Shown here: piece after piece, positions 20,982-31,006 of the stretch | Layout of the letters: each line of letters starts with the position of its first letter | How positions within the stretch are numbered: the first letter of the stretch is position 1 | Assembly: GCA_965249105.1 (NCBI GenBank) | Contig: OZ252219.1 | Location: forward strand, 633,262-697,261 | Direction: 5' to 3' | From: Vicinamibacterales bacterium | GTDB lineage: Bacteria > Acidobacteriota > Vicinamibacteria > Vicinamibacterales > UBA8438 | DNA: 64,000 nucleotides | The notes under the pieces: generated by a model | What the model was told of the DNA's origin: nothing | Databases searched by the model: none | Seen by the model: the letters and a program-made list of their open reading frames with translations, nothing else | Position numbers and translations under genes: made by a program

Positions 20982-22371
20982 CGATGCCCTTCTGCAGACT
21001 CAGCACGGCCTCGACGACATCCTGCAAGGCGGTGAGCTCCGGCTCGTCGACGTGGATCCGCCGTGCCGCCACGAGCCAGTCACGGGCCTCCTGGTAACGC
21101 TCGAGACCGATGAGGACGTTCGCCCGCGCTTTCCACGCGTCGACATGCCGAGGGTCGAGCTCGACGACGCGGCGGTACGGCTCGAGCGAGTCCTCGGGGC
21201 GTCCCAATGCCTCGAGGCTAAAGGCCAGCCCCATGTGCGCTTCCGCGTGATTTGAATTGTGCCGAACGGCAAGGGCAAAGCGGGACGCCGCCTCCTCAGG
21301 TCGCTCCTGCCGGGCGAAGATCACCCCCAAGCTGTAGTGGGCTAGCCCGTTCGTCGGCGACTGCCGGACGATGGCTTCGAACTCCGCGATCGCGGCGTCG
21401 GTCTCGCCCATCTGAGCCAGCGCCAACGCCCGCGGATGCCGAAGCGCGAGGTTCTCTGGCTCGAGCTCCAGCCCTTTGTGGAACAGCGCCGCCGCCTCGG
21501 CCCATCCTCCGGCTTGGAGTGCTGCCCACCCACGCCTCTCATACGCCTGGCTGCTTTCCAACAGCCTGTCGTATTCGTTCATGAGCGGGTCGGACAGCGT
21601 CGGTTTGCCATCCCCGCGCTGCTGCAGATGCGCGTCCGTGTTGTTCGGTTCCCCGAGACCCCGGTACGCCATCGCCAGCGGGTAGTGCAGGCTCGTCGCC
21701 CCGGGCTCGAGCGTCAGCGCCCGCGTCAGTAGCTCCACCGCCTGCGCATGGTCACGTCGAGTGAGGGCCACATGGCCCCGGCCGGCCAGGGCCACAGCCG
21801 AGCGAGGATCGTGGTCGAGCGCTTGCTGAAAGAGCACCTGTGCGTCGTCGAGTCGACCCTGATCGACATACAGCCCAGCGAGATGAACGAGGGTCGGGAC
21901 GTCGGCGGGGCGCAGCTCGAGCACGCGTTCGAAAAACGCTGTCGGCCGCGCGTGCTCGCCCCGAATCAGGTGGAACTTGGCGAGATAGTAGGGCCAGCGT
22001 GGATCGTGCGGCGCGACCGCCTGGGCGTTACGGAGACTGGACAGCGCCGCGGTGTCGTAGCCGGCCGCCATCAGAATGAGGCCGAGATCCCCATGGGCGC
22101 GACCGAGCTCATCGGCGGGCGTCTCGGGGCGATCGATCCGCGTCAGCGCGGTGTGGCGCTCGCGGACCTGGTCGCGCACCGACTCAGGCAACCGGGAGAG
22201 GTCGGGCATCGTGAGAGGCCGAACCTCGCCGACACTGTCTCTTGTGTCTTCGGCTCCGGCCAGGCGCGACGCCGGGAGCGTCGATGCGACCTCCTCCGAT
22301 GAGGTACACCCGCCCGTCACGGAAACGAGTAGTCCGGCCAGGGCGGCGTGGGCGATGGAGGTGACGGTCAT
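20971..22371 (-). CDS. TPR-repeat putative lipoprotein, copy A
   Basis: TGGC lipobox-like motif; near-identical to copy B beyond the N-terminus. Confidence 0.9.
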   Translation of the reverse strand: MTVTSIAHAALAGLLVSVTGGCTSSEEVASTLPASRLAGAEDTRDSVGEVRPLTMPDLSRLPESVRDQVRERHTALTRIDRPETPADELGRAHGDLGLILMAAGYDTAALSSLRNAQAVAPHDPRWPYYLAKFHLIRGEHARPTAFFERVLELRPADVPTLVHLAGLYVDQGRLDDAQVLFQQALDHDPRSAVALAGRGHVALTRRDHAQAVELLTRALTLEPGATSLHYPLAMAYRGLGEPNNTDAHLQQRGDGKPTLSDPLMNEYDRLLESSQAYERRGWAALQAGGWAEAAALFHKGLELEPENLALRHPRALALAQMGETDAAIAEFEAIVRQSPTNGLAHYSLGVIFARQERPEEAASRFALAVRHNSNHAEAHMGLAFSLEALGRPEDSLEPYRRVVELDPRHVDAWKARANVLIGLERYQEARDWLVAARRIHVDEPELTALQDVVEAVLSLQKGIGDR

Positions 22372-24125
22372 CGGCCCTCACCCTCTGTGAGCACCGTGTA
22401 TCGATCGACCGGCATGTCGGTCCACTCCTCGACCCGGCCGCTCGGCCACGTGACGCGAATCTGGAGCGCATGCTCCTGCTCACCAAGTCCTACGAGCACC
22501 CGGGGATCGTTCGCCGAGGCGTAGCTCCCATCCGCCCGGGCCCGACGCCACAGTGTCGAGCCATCCGACCGAAGAACCGCCACCCGCGCACCGAGCATGT
22601 CACGGGCCGGGCGTCCGCCGACGAGTCGCAACCCGATCCAGTGGTGCCGGGTACCGATGTCGTTGACGAGGAGTCGAACCGGGCCCTCCGCGTTGGCGAT
22701 CACGACGTCGGTATCGCCGTCGTTGTCGATATCGCCAAACGCCGCCCCGCGGCTCACCTCGGACCGCTCGAACGCGGGACCGGCGCGGCCGGTGACGTCC
22801 TCGAACGTCTGCCCGCTCAGATTGCGGAGCAACAGATTGGGCTGCTGCAGCGGGAACGGGTTATCGGGTCCCAGCGCGTCGTAGTTCTGGGTCACGAAGC
22901 CGTTCACCTCCAGGATGTCGAGCCACCCATCGTTGTCAAAATCAATCCAGCCCGCGCCGAACCCCGTAAACGGGAGGCTGGCGAACCGGAGACCGACCGG
23001 GCCGCTTCGTTCTTCGAACGCTCCGGTGCCGTCGTTGACGTACAGTGTGCTGCCCTGTCCGGTCAGCTCGGTGATGACGAGGTCCTCGTCGCCGTCGTTG
23101 TCGAAGTCGCCGGCGTCGACCCCCATATCGGCCTTCCGGTTACCGGACGCACCCAGGGCGACGCCCGACCCGAGCGCCACGTCCCGAAACGTGGCGTCCT
23201 GCTGGTTGAGCCAGAGCTGGTTCTCCTGCTGATCGTTGGCGACGAATATATCAACCCACCCGTCGCCGTCGAAGTCGGCGGTCGCCACGCCGAGTCCCGG
23301 CCCAAACGTGGCCGCCAGTCCCGCGTCGGCCGTCACATCGACGAATGTCCCATCCCCACGGTTGCGATACAGCCGGTCGGGCTGGGGACGATATCGCTCG
23401 GGCGGGCAATAGTCCCGACTGCCTGACTCGCTGTAACAGGGCACGTCCTGATCGATGTCGAAGGCGACGTAGTTGCCGACGAAAAGATCGAGCCAGCCGT
23501 CGCGGTCGACATCGAGGAGCGCCGCCGGCACGCTCCAGCTCGGGTCCGCCGTGCCGCTCGCCTGCGACACGTCGGTGAACGTGCCGTCGCAGTTGTTGCG
23601 ATACAGCTGGTTGGGTCCAAAGTGGGTCAGATACAGATCCACGCACCCGTCGTTCGTGAGGTCGCCCGCCGCGACGCCCATCCCGTAGCCTCGGGCATCG
23701 ATGCCACTCGCGTCGGTCACGTCGGTGAAGCGCAAGGCGTCGGGACCGGCTGCCGAACCCAACTCATTCCGGTAGAGACGCCCGTTGAGCGGGACGGGCG
23801 ACGGCGGCGCGCCCAGCCTCTGCCCTTGAACCAGGTACACGTCGAGGTCGCCGTCGTTGTCGTAGTCGAAGAGCGCGGCGCCGGGACCCAGGATCTCGGG
23901 CTGATAAAAACGCCCCGACCGGCCGGTCGTGTGGACAAAATCGAGCCCGGCGGCCTGAGCCCGATCGACGAACCATGCCGGTTCGGCGGTCACGACGTCG
24001 GCTGGTTCAGCCACGCTGGATGTCGGTGGATCGGTCGTGCCCCCGGCACAGCCCCCGACTCCGGACGCCGCCACGTAGAACGCCCAAGCGATCGGGACCC
24101 ATTCAGTTCGGCAGCGCAAAGACAA
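22368..24125 (-). CDS. CRTAC1-family FG-GAP/ASPIC-UnbV protein, copy A
   Basis: Same motifs as copies B and C; lacks the 9-aa VTPDARGAP insert. Confidence 0.92.
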   Translation of the reverse strand: MSLRCRTEWVPIAWAFYVAASGVGGCAGGTTDPPTSSVAEPADVVTAEPAWFVDRAQAAGLDFVHTTGRSGRFYQPEILGPGAALFDYDNDGDLDVYLVQGQRLGAPPSPVPLNGRLYRNELGSAAGPDALRFTDVTDASGIDARGYGMGVAAGDLTNDGCVDLYLTHFGPNQLYRNNCDGTFTDVSQASGTADPSWSVPAALLDVDRDGWLDLFVGNYVAFDIDQDVPCYSESGSRDYCPPERYRPQPDRLYRNRGDGTFVDVTADAGLAATFGPGLGVATADFDGDGWVDIFVANDQQENQLWLNQQDATFRDVALGSGVALGASGNRKADMGVDAGDFDNDGDEDLVITELTGQGSTLYVNDGTGAFEERSGPVGLRFASLPFTGFGAGWIDFDNDGWLDILEVNGFVTQNYDALGPDNPFPLQQPNLLLRNLSGQTFEDVTGRAGPAFERSEVSRGAAFGDIDNDGDTDVVIANAEGPVRLLVNDIGTRHHWIGLRLVGGRPARDMLGARVAVLRSDGSTLWRRARADGSYASANDPRVLVGLGEQEHALQIRVTWPSGRVEEWTDMPVDRYTVLTEGEGR

Positions 24126-24234
24126 ACCCTGTGGGAGGATAACCCAGGTTTTCCCACCGGCCGTATCGGCGAACCGACCTCACCCTCCAGCTCTGTGTCC
24201 GTGAGGACCGGCCGCTCCTACTAAGGCAACGGCG

Positions 24235-25290
24235 CTACGGTGCCCCCTGGATGTTGGCTGCCGTTCCGGACGGCAACGTGGCGCGTTCGACCTTGCGCCA
24301 GGAGGCCGGAGGCGTGCCGACCGATCGTTTGAAGGCGCGATTGAAGGCGGCTTCTGAATCGTAGCCGACGCGCTGGGCCACCTGTGCCACGCTGTTCTCT
24401 TCGCGCAGCAGATGTTTGGCGAGTTGGATGCGCCACGCCGTGAGGTATTTTATCGGTGGGTGGCCAATCAATTCGGTGAACCGCTCTGCAAACCCGGACC
24501 GGGAGATACCCGCTTCGCGCGCCAATTCATCCACGGTCCAGTTGTGCTGCGGCTGTTCGTGCATCAAGCGCAGGGCCTTGCCAACTTGCGTGTCGTTCAG
24601 CCCGACCAGCCAGCCGGACTGGTCGGCGGGGAGCTGCCTCATGTACTGCCGGAGCACCTCGACGAACATCAGCTCGGTCAGTCGGCCGAGCATGGCTTGG
24701 TTTCCTGGGCGCCCTTCGCCCGCTTCGTGGACCGTGTACTTTAGCGTGGTGCTCAGCCAGGAACTTGATCCGTGCGGGACCTGAGCCGGGCGCAAGCCGT
24801 CGCCGTCAATCGCTTCGACGACGCTATAGGCGTTGCGGTTGCGCACCACGAGGATGTTCGGCAGCGCACCGAGCAGCGGATTGAACCTCTGGTCGCAGTT
24901 CAAGTAGCCACAGATGAAACGCGTGGTCTTTCCGCCCCCGCCTAGCACAAGCTGATCCAGAGCTCCCTCTGCCGAGGATCGTGGCATTGCGGGATTCAGA
25001 GGTCGGCAACGCAGGCCGAGCTCGCTGCTCATCGTGTGCGGGTCGCCATGTGGGAACACGATCACGTCGCCGGACGTCAGGTGTACCGGTGGCAGCCCCG
25101 GGGCTTCAAAAAACCCATCGCCTTCCACCAGGATGTGGAATAGCACCAGGGATTCCGCATCGGGGATGCTGAAGGCAGCCAGCTGGTCGGGATCGGGTTC
25201 GTTCATCAACCATGGCGCGGAGAACTCGCCAATGAAAATCACCGAACCCGTGAGGCGTATTACCCGCAGGACATCTGACAACACGTCCAT
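24235..25290 (-). CDS. AraC-family regulator with cupin N-terminal domain
   Basis: MDVLSDVLRVIRL; WTVDELAREAGISRS; VGYDSEAAFNRAFKR. Confidence 0.93.
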   Translation of the reverse strand: MDVLSDVLRVIRLTGSVIFIGEFSAPWLMNEPDPDQLAAFSIPDAESLVLFHILVEGDGFFEAPGLPPVHLTSGDVIVFPHGDPHTMSSELGLRCRPLNPAMPRSSAEGALDQLVLGGGGKTTRFICGYLNCDQRFNPLLGALPNILVVRNRNAYSVVEAIDGDGLRPAQVPHGSSSWLSTTLKYTVHEAGEGRPGNQAMLGRLTELMFVEVLRQYMRQLPADQSGWLVGLNDTQVGKALRLMHEQPQHNWTVDELAREAGISRSGFAERFTELIGHPPIKYLTAWRIQLAKHLLREENSVAQVAQRVGYDSEAAFNRAFKRSVGTPPASWRKVERATLPSGTAANIQGAP

Positions 25291-25427
25291 GAGCCGTCCT
25301 CCTTTCATGCAGGTCAGCGTGGACGCTCGAGCAAGGTTCGCAGAGCCCTAGTCAATTCGTCAAGAGGTTTAATAGGGTATCGTTCAAGCTACACATAGCT
25401 GAAGATCCTAAAACTGGAGGGTCAAGA

Positions 25428-28400
25428 ATGTTGTCCGGTAGAACTTTCGTCTTAGTTTTACTCCTCTCCGCGGTGGCGATGCTGTACCCGCTGGCCGCGT
25501 ATGCTCAGACCGGGACCATCTCCGGCACGGTGCGAGATGACACTGGCGGCGTGTTGCCAGGGGTCACCGTGGAAGCGGCGAGCCCTGCTCTCATCGAAGG
25601 AACTCGGACTGCCATCACCGACGATCAGGGCATCTACCGGCTCGTCGATCTCCGCCTCGGTGAATACGCCGTCACGTTCACCCTCCAGGGTTTCAACACG
25701 TTCGTGTCGGACGGGGTCGTGTTGCCGGCTGGCGTCACGGTCACCGTCAACGCCGATATGGCCGTGGGCACGGTCGCGGAGACGATCACCGTCTCGGGGG
25801 TGGCCCCGGTCGTCGACACGCAGAACGCGACTCAGCAGCGGACAATCACGCGCGCGGTCATGAACGAGCTGCCCACAGGGCGGGACCCGAACAACTATGT
25901 CATCACCGTCCCGGGCGTAACCACACAAATCCAGAATATGGGGGGTATTAAACTGGGCGCCGCTCTGAGCGACATCATGGAGATTCACGGCAGTGAGCCG
26001 GAGGACGCGCCACTGATTGTTGACGGCATGAAATACGGGGGCCTCGGCGGGTCGGGTGGCGGCGACGCCACCGGTGGCTACCGGCCCAACAACGCCATGG
26101 TCGATGAGCTCGCCGTGGTCACGTCGGGCGCCACGGCCGAGCACGAGGTCAGCGGGGTTGTGACCAATATCATCATGAAGCAGGGCGCGAACGCGTTTTC
26201 CGGGCAGTTCTTCGGCGGCGGGACGGGCGGCGGGCTCCAGCGCGACAACTTTGACCAAGAGTTGGAAGACCGCGGGGTGAGTACCGGCCTCAACATCTCT
26301 AGAATCTGGGATTCCAGCTTGGCGGTCGGCGGACCGATCGCGCAGGACAAGCTCTGGTTCTATGGGGCTTTCCGGCATCAGGGCAACCACACGGAGCCGA
26401 TTGGCGCTATTCACGAAGCTAACCCGGGGTCCCTCATCTTCGAGCCCGGCGGCCCCGCCAACAAGTCCGCCAAGACCCGCAACGAGAATTTCCGAGTGAC
26501 GTGGCAAGCGGCGCGCAACAGCAAGCTGTCGTTCTACTTCGATAATAACGACCGCGAAGAAAAGGGTGGCGGGGTCAGCTCGACCTGGACCAAGGAGGCG
26601 TCCTGGGACTTTGACGGCGAACAACAGCTCTACCAGCTCACGTCGAACACGACCCTCTCGAATGATCTGCTCCTCGAGCTCGGCTGGACCCACGCACGGG
26701 GCAGTTCGGGCTTCCCCCGGAATCGCGACATCCCAGTGGAGATGCCGGGGCTCCGGGATCTTGGGACTGGCGTTTGGTATGGGGCAGCCCCTTGGGTTGA
26801 AGACGGCTCGACCAACAGGCAGTACAACGGTAAGGCCATCATGACCTGGGTCACCGGCGCACACAGCCTCAGGTTCGGGGGGCAGTGGCTTCATGGAAAT
26901 CGCGTAGGAATCGCGGATGGTTCCCCAGTTAACTACCGCTTCCGCAACGGAGTGCCGGACAGTTTGCAACTGCGGGCCATACCAAGATTAGACACAAATG
27001 AGGTCAACCTGAACCTCGGGCTCTTCGTCCAGGAACAGTTGACCCTCGACCGGGTCACGATCAACATGGGCGTGCGGTTTGACCAAATCAAAGCAGGCGT
27101 CCCTGCGCAGACTGTTCCAGCGGGCCCGTTCGTGGGCGAGCGTAGCTTTGACGCGATCCCAAACATCCCGAACTGGAAAGACATCACGCCGCGCCTGGGC
27201 GTGGCCTACGACCTGTCTGGCGACGGGCGCACGGCCCTCAAGGCTAACCTAGGCAAGTACATGCGCGCCATGGCGACCGGACTCGCCGACCAGGTCAACC
27301 CGGCGGGTTCTTCGAATTTGGCCACCACGCGCGCCTGGAACGACTTGGACGGGGATCTCTTCCCCGATTGCGTGTTGGAAAACTTCGCGGCGAACGGTGA
27401 GTGTGAGGCAATCAGCAGCTCGACCTTCGGCCAAGCGCGAGCCATCCCCGTTCGCTTCGACCCGGCATACAACACGGGCTGGGGCAAGCGTGACTACAAC
27501 TGGGAAGGGATGGTTGGCATCCAACATGAGTTCCACCCGGGCGCGTCGGTTGAGGTGTCCTACCACCGGCGCTGGTTCGGCAATCACCGGGTCACCTATA
27601 ACGCGGCGGTGACGCCAGACGACTTCGACGAGTTCAGCGTCCCGGTGCCCATGGACCCGCGGCTCTCGACCAGCGGCGAGAACCTGGGTGGCTTCTTCAA
27701 CATCAGCGAGGAGGCCTTTGCCGACCGCGATGAAGTCATCACCTCGGCGGAGAACTTCGGGGGCATCAGTCAGGACTATCACGGCGTGGACGTCCTCCTC
27801 AATGCGCGGCTCCCGAACGGGATCTTGCTGCAGGGGGGCACGAGCACCGGGCGCACGCAGACCGACCTGTGTAATGTGCTGGACGGGAATCCCCACATCA
27901 CGGCCGTCGGTCCGTTCACCCGTACCAGCGGACAACGTTGGCAGACCGTGTCCGAGGTATCAACGGAACACTGCGACATCAAGCCGCCAGTCCAGACGAA
28001 CTTTAAATTCTCCGCGGTCGTCCCGCTGCCGGGTGACGTGATGTTCAGCGCGGTCTTCCAGAGCTTCCAGACGCCGGTAGACAGTATCGTCCCACGCGTC
28101 GCCGGCATCCGAGCGAGGTGGACGGCGCCTGCGGCGGCTATCGAGCCCTCGTTGGGTCGTCCCCTGTCGGGCGGGGCGTCGTCCTTTAGGGTGAACCTCT
28201 TACCGTTCGGCGATACGTATGAAGACGGCCGGCTCAACCAGGTCGACTTGCGGCTCGCGAAAAACCTCAACGTGGGAGACATCCGCTTCCAGCCGCAGTT
28301 TGACGTCTACAATCTGTTTAACAGCAACCAAGTCCTTAGAGTGTCCGACACTTACGGGGGATCCTGGCTACGACCCGTTGATGTTCTGCTGGGTCGGCTG

Positions 28401-28430
28401 ATCAAATTCAGCCTCCAGGTCGATTTCTAA
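25428..28430 (+). CDS. TonB-dependent receptor (Oar-like), divergent from the AraC gene
   Basis: GTISGTVRDDTGGVLPGVTV; PRLGVAYDL; terminal Phe; 1000 aa. Confidence 0.92.
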   Translation: MLSGRTFVLVLLLSAVAMLYPLAAYAQTGTISGTVRDDTGGVLPGVTVEAASPALIEGTRTAITDDQGIYRLVDLRLGEYAVTFTLQGFNTFVSDGVVLPAGVTVTVNADMAVGTVAETITVSGVAPVVDTQNATQQRTITRAVMNELPTGRDPNNYVITVPGVTTQIQNMGGIKLGAALSDIMEIHGSEPEDAPLIVDGMKYGGLGGSGGGDATGGYRPNNAMVDELAVVTSGATAEHEVSGVVTNIIMKQGANAFSGQFFGGGTGGGLQRDNFDQELEDRGVSTGLNISRIWDSSLAVGGPIAQDKLWFYGAFRHQGNHTEPIGAIHEANPGSLIFEPGGPANKSAKTRNENFRVTWQAARNSKLSFYFDNNDREEKGGGVSSTWTKEASWDFDGEQQLYQLTSNTTLSNDLLLELGWTHARGSSGFPRNRDIPVEMPGLRDLGTGVWYGAAPWVEDGSTNRQYNGKAIMTWVTGAHSLRFGGQWLHGNRVGIADGSPVNYRFRNGVPDSLQLRAIPRLDTNEVNLNLGLFVQEQLTLDRVTINMGVRFDQIKAGVPAQTVPAGPFVGERSFDAIPNIPNWKDITPRLGVAYDLSGDGRTALKANLGKYMRAMATGLADQVNPAGSSNLATTRAWNDLDGDLFPDCVLENFAANGECEAISSSTFGQARAIPVRFDPAYNTGWGKRDYNWEGMVGIQHEFHPGASVEVSYHRRWFGNHRVTYNAAVTPDDFDEFSVPVPMDPRLSTSGENLGGFFNISEEAFADRDEVITSAENFGGISQDYHGVDVLLNARLPNGILLQGGTSTGRTQTDLCNVLDGNPHITAVGPFTRTSGQRWQTVSEVSTEHCDIKPPVQTNFKFSAVVPLPGDVMFSAVFQSFQTPVDSIVPRVAGIRARWTAPAAAIEPSLGRPLSGGASSFRVNLLPFGDTYEDGRLNQVDLRLAKNLNVGDIRFQPQFDVYNLFNSNQVLRVSDTYGGSWLRPVDVLLGRLIKFSLQVDF

Positions 28431-28469
28431 ACACCACGCCAAGGTGCAGCGCACGCACCAATACCTCAC

Positions 28470-28869
28470 CAATCGCGCGGAGGGTAGGGGACGCCGTGTC
28501 CCCGTCGATGGCAACTACGGTCGCCTCGAAGTGGTGAACCTCGAAACCAAAGAGACCGCGTGGATCGAGCGCCAGCGGGCGCCGTTCACGTCGGGCACGC
28601 TTGCCACGGCGGGCGGCCTCGTGTTCGCGGGCGCCCTCCACCGCACCTTTAGCGCCTACGACGCCGAGACGGGGACCAAACTGTGGCAGACCCGCTTGAA
28701 CGACGTCCCCAGCTCCTCGCCGATCAGTTACTCCGTCGACGGAACCGACTATGTCGCAATGGTGGTGGGGGCTGGCGGCGCTCAATCGATGATCTTCAAC
28801 CTTCTGGTGCCCGAGATCCAGAATCCACCCGATCGGAGCCCGACCGTCTGGGTGTTCAAGCTTCCCTGA
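28470..28869 (+). pseudogene. C-terminal fragment of a PQQ dehydrogenase
   Basis: LATAGGLVFAG...AYDAETGTKLWQTRL...PISYSVDG...VWVFKLP with no N-terminal part. Confidence 0.8.
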
Positions 28870-28952
28870 CAGCCTCACGGCCCGGACCTTCTCCACTCAA
28901 GGCTGAGCGCGACCCACTGCGCGGGGACTGCGTAAAGAGGTTGTCGCCCGGC

Positions 28953-30932
28953 TTACGGCTCGGTGATGGTGAAGACTTGGTTCGTCTCGATGGGACCGTC
29001 GACCACCTGGGTGCCTGTCTCCGATAGCCAGGTTACTTCGATCTGGTCGACCTGGGTCGCCGCGTCGAGCCCAAAGTAGAGCGGATAGATACTCTGTGAG
29101 AGATAGCCCGACTGGCCGTCCTGGACCTTTGTATAGGACTGGCCACCGGCCGTGACACGCACGCGAGCCCCGATGCCGCTGCGATTCGACTTGGAGCCAA
29201 CCAGGTCAACCTTCAGGTACCGCACGTCCGGCTTCTGCTCACTGAGATTGCTGATAAGCACCATCGGCTCGGAGTGGAAGTCGTTGGTCACGATGTCGAG
29301 GTCGCCGTCGTTGTCGAGGTCGAAGATCGCCGACGACCGACTCCCCAGCGCGCCCTGGACCTCGAACTGCCCCGTTTGTCCTTCACACCCTCGGTGGTCT
29401 TGGTCCGCGCCATCGCAGTCCAGATCGAACCAGTGCGAACTGAAGCGCCCCTCTCGGCGCGGCTCGACGCCGAGAATGAACTCGCTGTCCAGGAACTTCT
29501 CGCCGCGGTTGTTCAGGAAGACCGAGTTGACACCGTACCGCCAGGGGAAGTTCATCGATGAGGCAAGGAACGCGTCTTCCCAGCCATCGGCGTTCAAGTC
29601 GCCGACGCTCAGCCCCCACGGCCAGTAGTTCTCCGCATTAATCTCTTCAGAGATCTCCCGAAACGTGCCATCGCCCTGGTTGTGGAAGAACGCGTTGCCG
29701 AGCACGTGATTCCCATCGCTCATGAGATAGTCGGGTGAATGCCGCTCGGTCATCTTCATCTTCTCCGCGTACCAGTGGCGCCGCAGATCCTGGACACCGT
29801 CGATCATGTCGGTGTGCATGTCGGTGATGAAGATGTCCATGTGCCCGTCGTTGTCGAAATCGAGGGTCTTGATTCCCATCGCCCCCCACGAGGTTTGCGG
29901 GAACACCTCACGGCTCTTCCGGACGAATCTGTTGCCCTCGACGTTCTCGTAGTAGTTGTCGTGACCTTGCATGCTCAATACATAGAGATCGAGCCACCCG
30001 TCGTCGTTGACATCCATAGGGCTTGCGGCGCCGGTCCAGCTCGTATCGGTGATTCCCATCGACACCGACGTGTTCTCGAAACGGAGATCACCCACGTTGC
30101 GGAACAGGATGCTCTGCTCGTAGCGCTCCGGGTACAGCTGCCCGAGGAAGGCGTCGGTCATGCCCACGTAGTAGTCGCCCTCACCGATCTCGTCCGTCGT
30201 GTACTGCCCGACGTTCGTCAGATACAGATCGAGCAACCCGTCGCGGTCGTAGTCAAAGAACACTGCCGACGAGGAGTGCCCCCTGTAGCCGAGCCCCGAC
30301 GGTTCCGTGATGTCCTCGAAGGTGCCGGTACCGTCATTCTCGAACAGCACGTTTCCGTGCCGAACCGTAGTGACGTAGAGATCGGGATCGCCGTCGTTGT
30401 CGATGTCAGCAAACGACGCGGTCACGGCTACTCTGTCGGCCAGGCCGACACCTGCAGATTCAGTGATCTCTTCGAACCTCCCGCCGCCGGCGTTCTTCCA
30501 CAACTGGTTCGAGCCGAGCTGGGTCACGAAATAGATGTCGTAGAGCCCGTTGCCGTCCACGTCGGCGACGGACACCCCGTTTCCGTGGTCATAGTGGACA
30601 TTCTTGTAGAGCTTGGCGCCGTCATCGACCGTGCGGTGCCTGAACGTAATGCCACTCTCCGGCAGCTGATCTATGAAGCGGAAGTCGTGAAATACCTGAA
30701 ACTGGTCAACCGTGCTCACCTGCAGCGCGGCGCGCTCCACCATCCAGCGTGACTCGTATATCTCAGCGGGCCGATAGTGGCGACGGTCCACGGTGTATAC
30801 GTTGTTCGGTCGCGGAAACGTGATCGGCCGATCGTCCTGCGCTACGAGAGACGAGAATGAGCCCAGCAGGAGCGCCACGGCCAAGCACCCAACAGTGACG
30901 AGAATCTTTGGGCGGAACATGATCGCCATCAT
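28953..30932 (-). CDS. Divergent CRTAC1-family FG-GAP/ASPIC-UnbV protein
   Basis: DVDGNG/DIDNDGD repeats; SNRSGIGARV...GYLSQS...FGL; start position uncertain. Confidence 0.9.
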   Translation of the reverse strand: MMAIMFRPKILVTVGCLAVALLLGSFSSLVAQDDRPITFPRPNNVYTVDRRHYRPAEIYESRWMVERAALQVSTVDQFQVFHDFRFIDQLPESGITFRHRTVDDGAKLYKNVHYDHGNGVSVADVDGNGLYDIYFVTQLGSNQLWKNAGGGRFEEITESAGVGLADRVAVTASFADIDNDGDPDLYVTTVRHGNVLFENDGTGTFEDITEPSGLGYRGHSSSAVFFDYDRDGLLDLYLTNVGQYTTDEIGEGDYYVGMTDAFLGQLYPERYEQSILFRNVGDLRFENTSVSMGITDTSWTGAASPMDVNDDGWLDLYVLSMQGHDNYYENVEGNRFVRKSREVFPQTSWGAMGIKTLDFDNDGHMDIFITDMHTDMIDGVQDLRRHWYAEKMKMTERHSPDYLMSDGNHVLGNAFFHNQGDGTFREISEEINAENYWPWGLSVGDLNADGWEDAFLASSMNFPWRYGVNSVFLNNRGEKFLDSEFILGVEPRREGRFSSHWFDLDCDGADQDHRGCEGQTGQFEVQGALGSRSSAIFDLDNDGDLDIVTNDFHSEPMVLISNLSEQKPDVRYLKVDLVGSKSNRSGIGARVRVTAGGQSYTKVQDGQSGYLSQSIYPLYFGLDAATQVDQIEVTWLSETGTQVVDGPIETNQVFTITEP

Positions 30933-31006
30933 AACTCGGGCCACGTCCCTCTTGCCGCCAGTGACGACGATACGGGTATGGTGGTGGGGGCTGACAGCCT
31001 CTCCCT

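Larger units (their letters stand above)
15989..24100 (-). repeat. ~3.2-kb tandem segmental repeat (about 2.5 units)
   Basis: CRTAC1 stop positions 15989, 19191 and 22368 give periods of 3202 and 3177 bp. Confidence 0.95.

Noticed and set aside
15989-24125. Diversity-generating retroelement acting on the CRTAC1/TPR copies
   Set aside because: No RT gene is present, the repeats are whole genes, and the differences do not look adenine-restricted.
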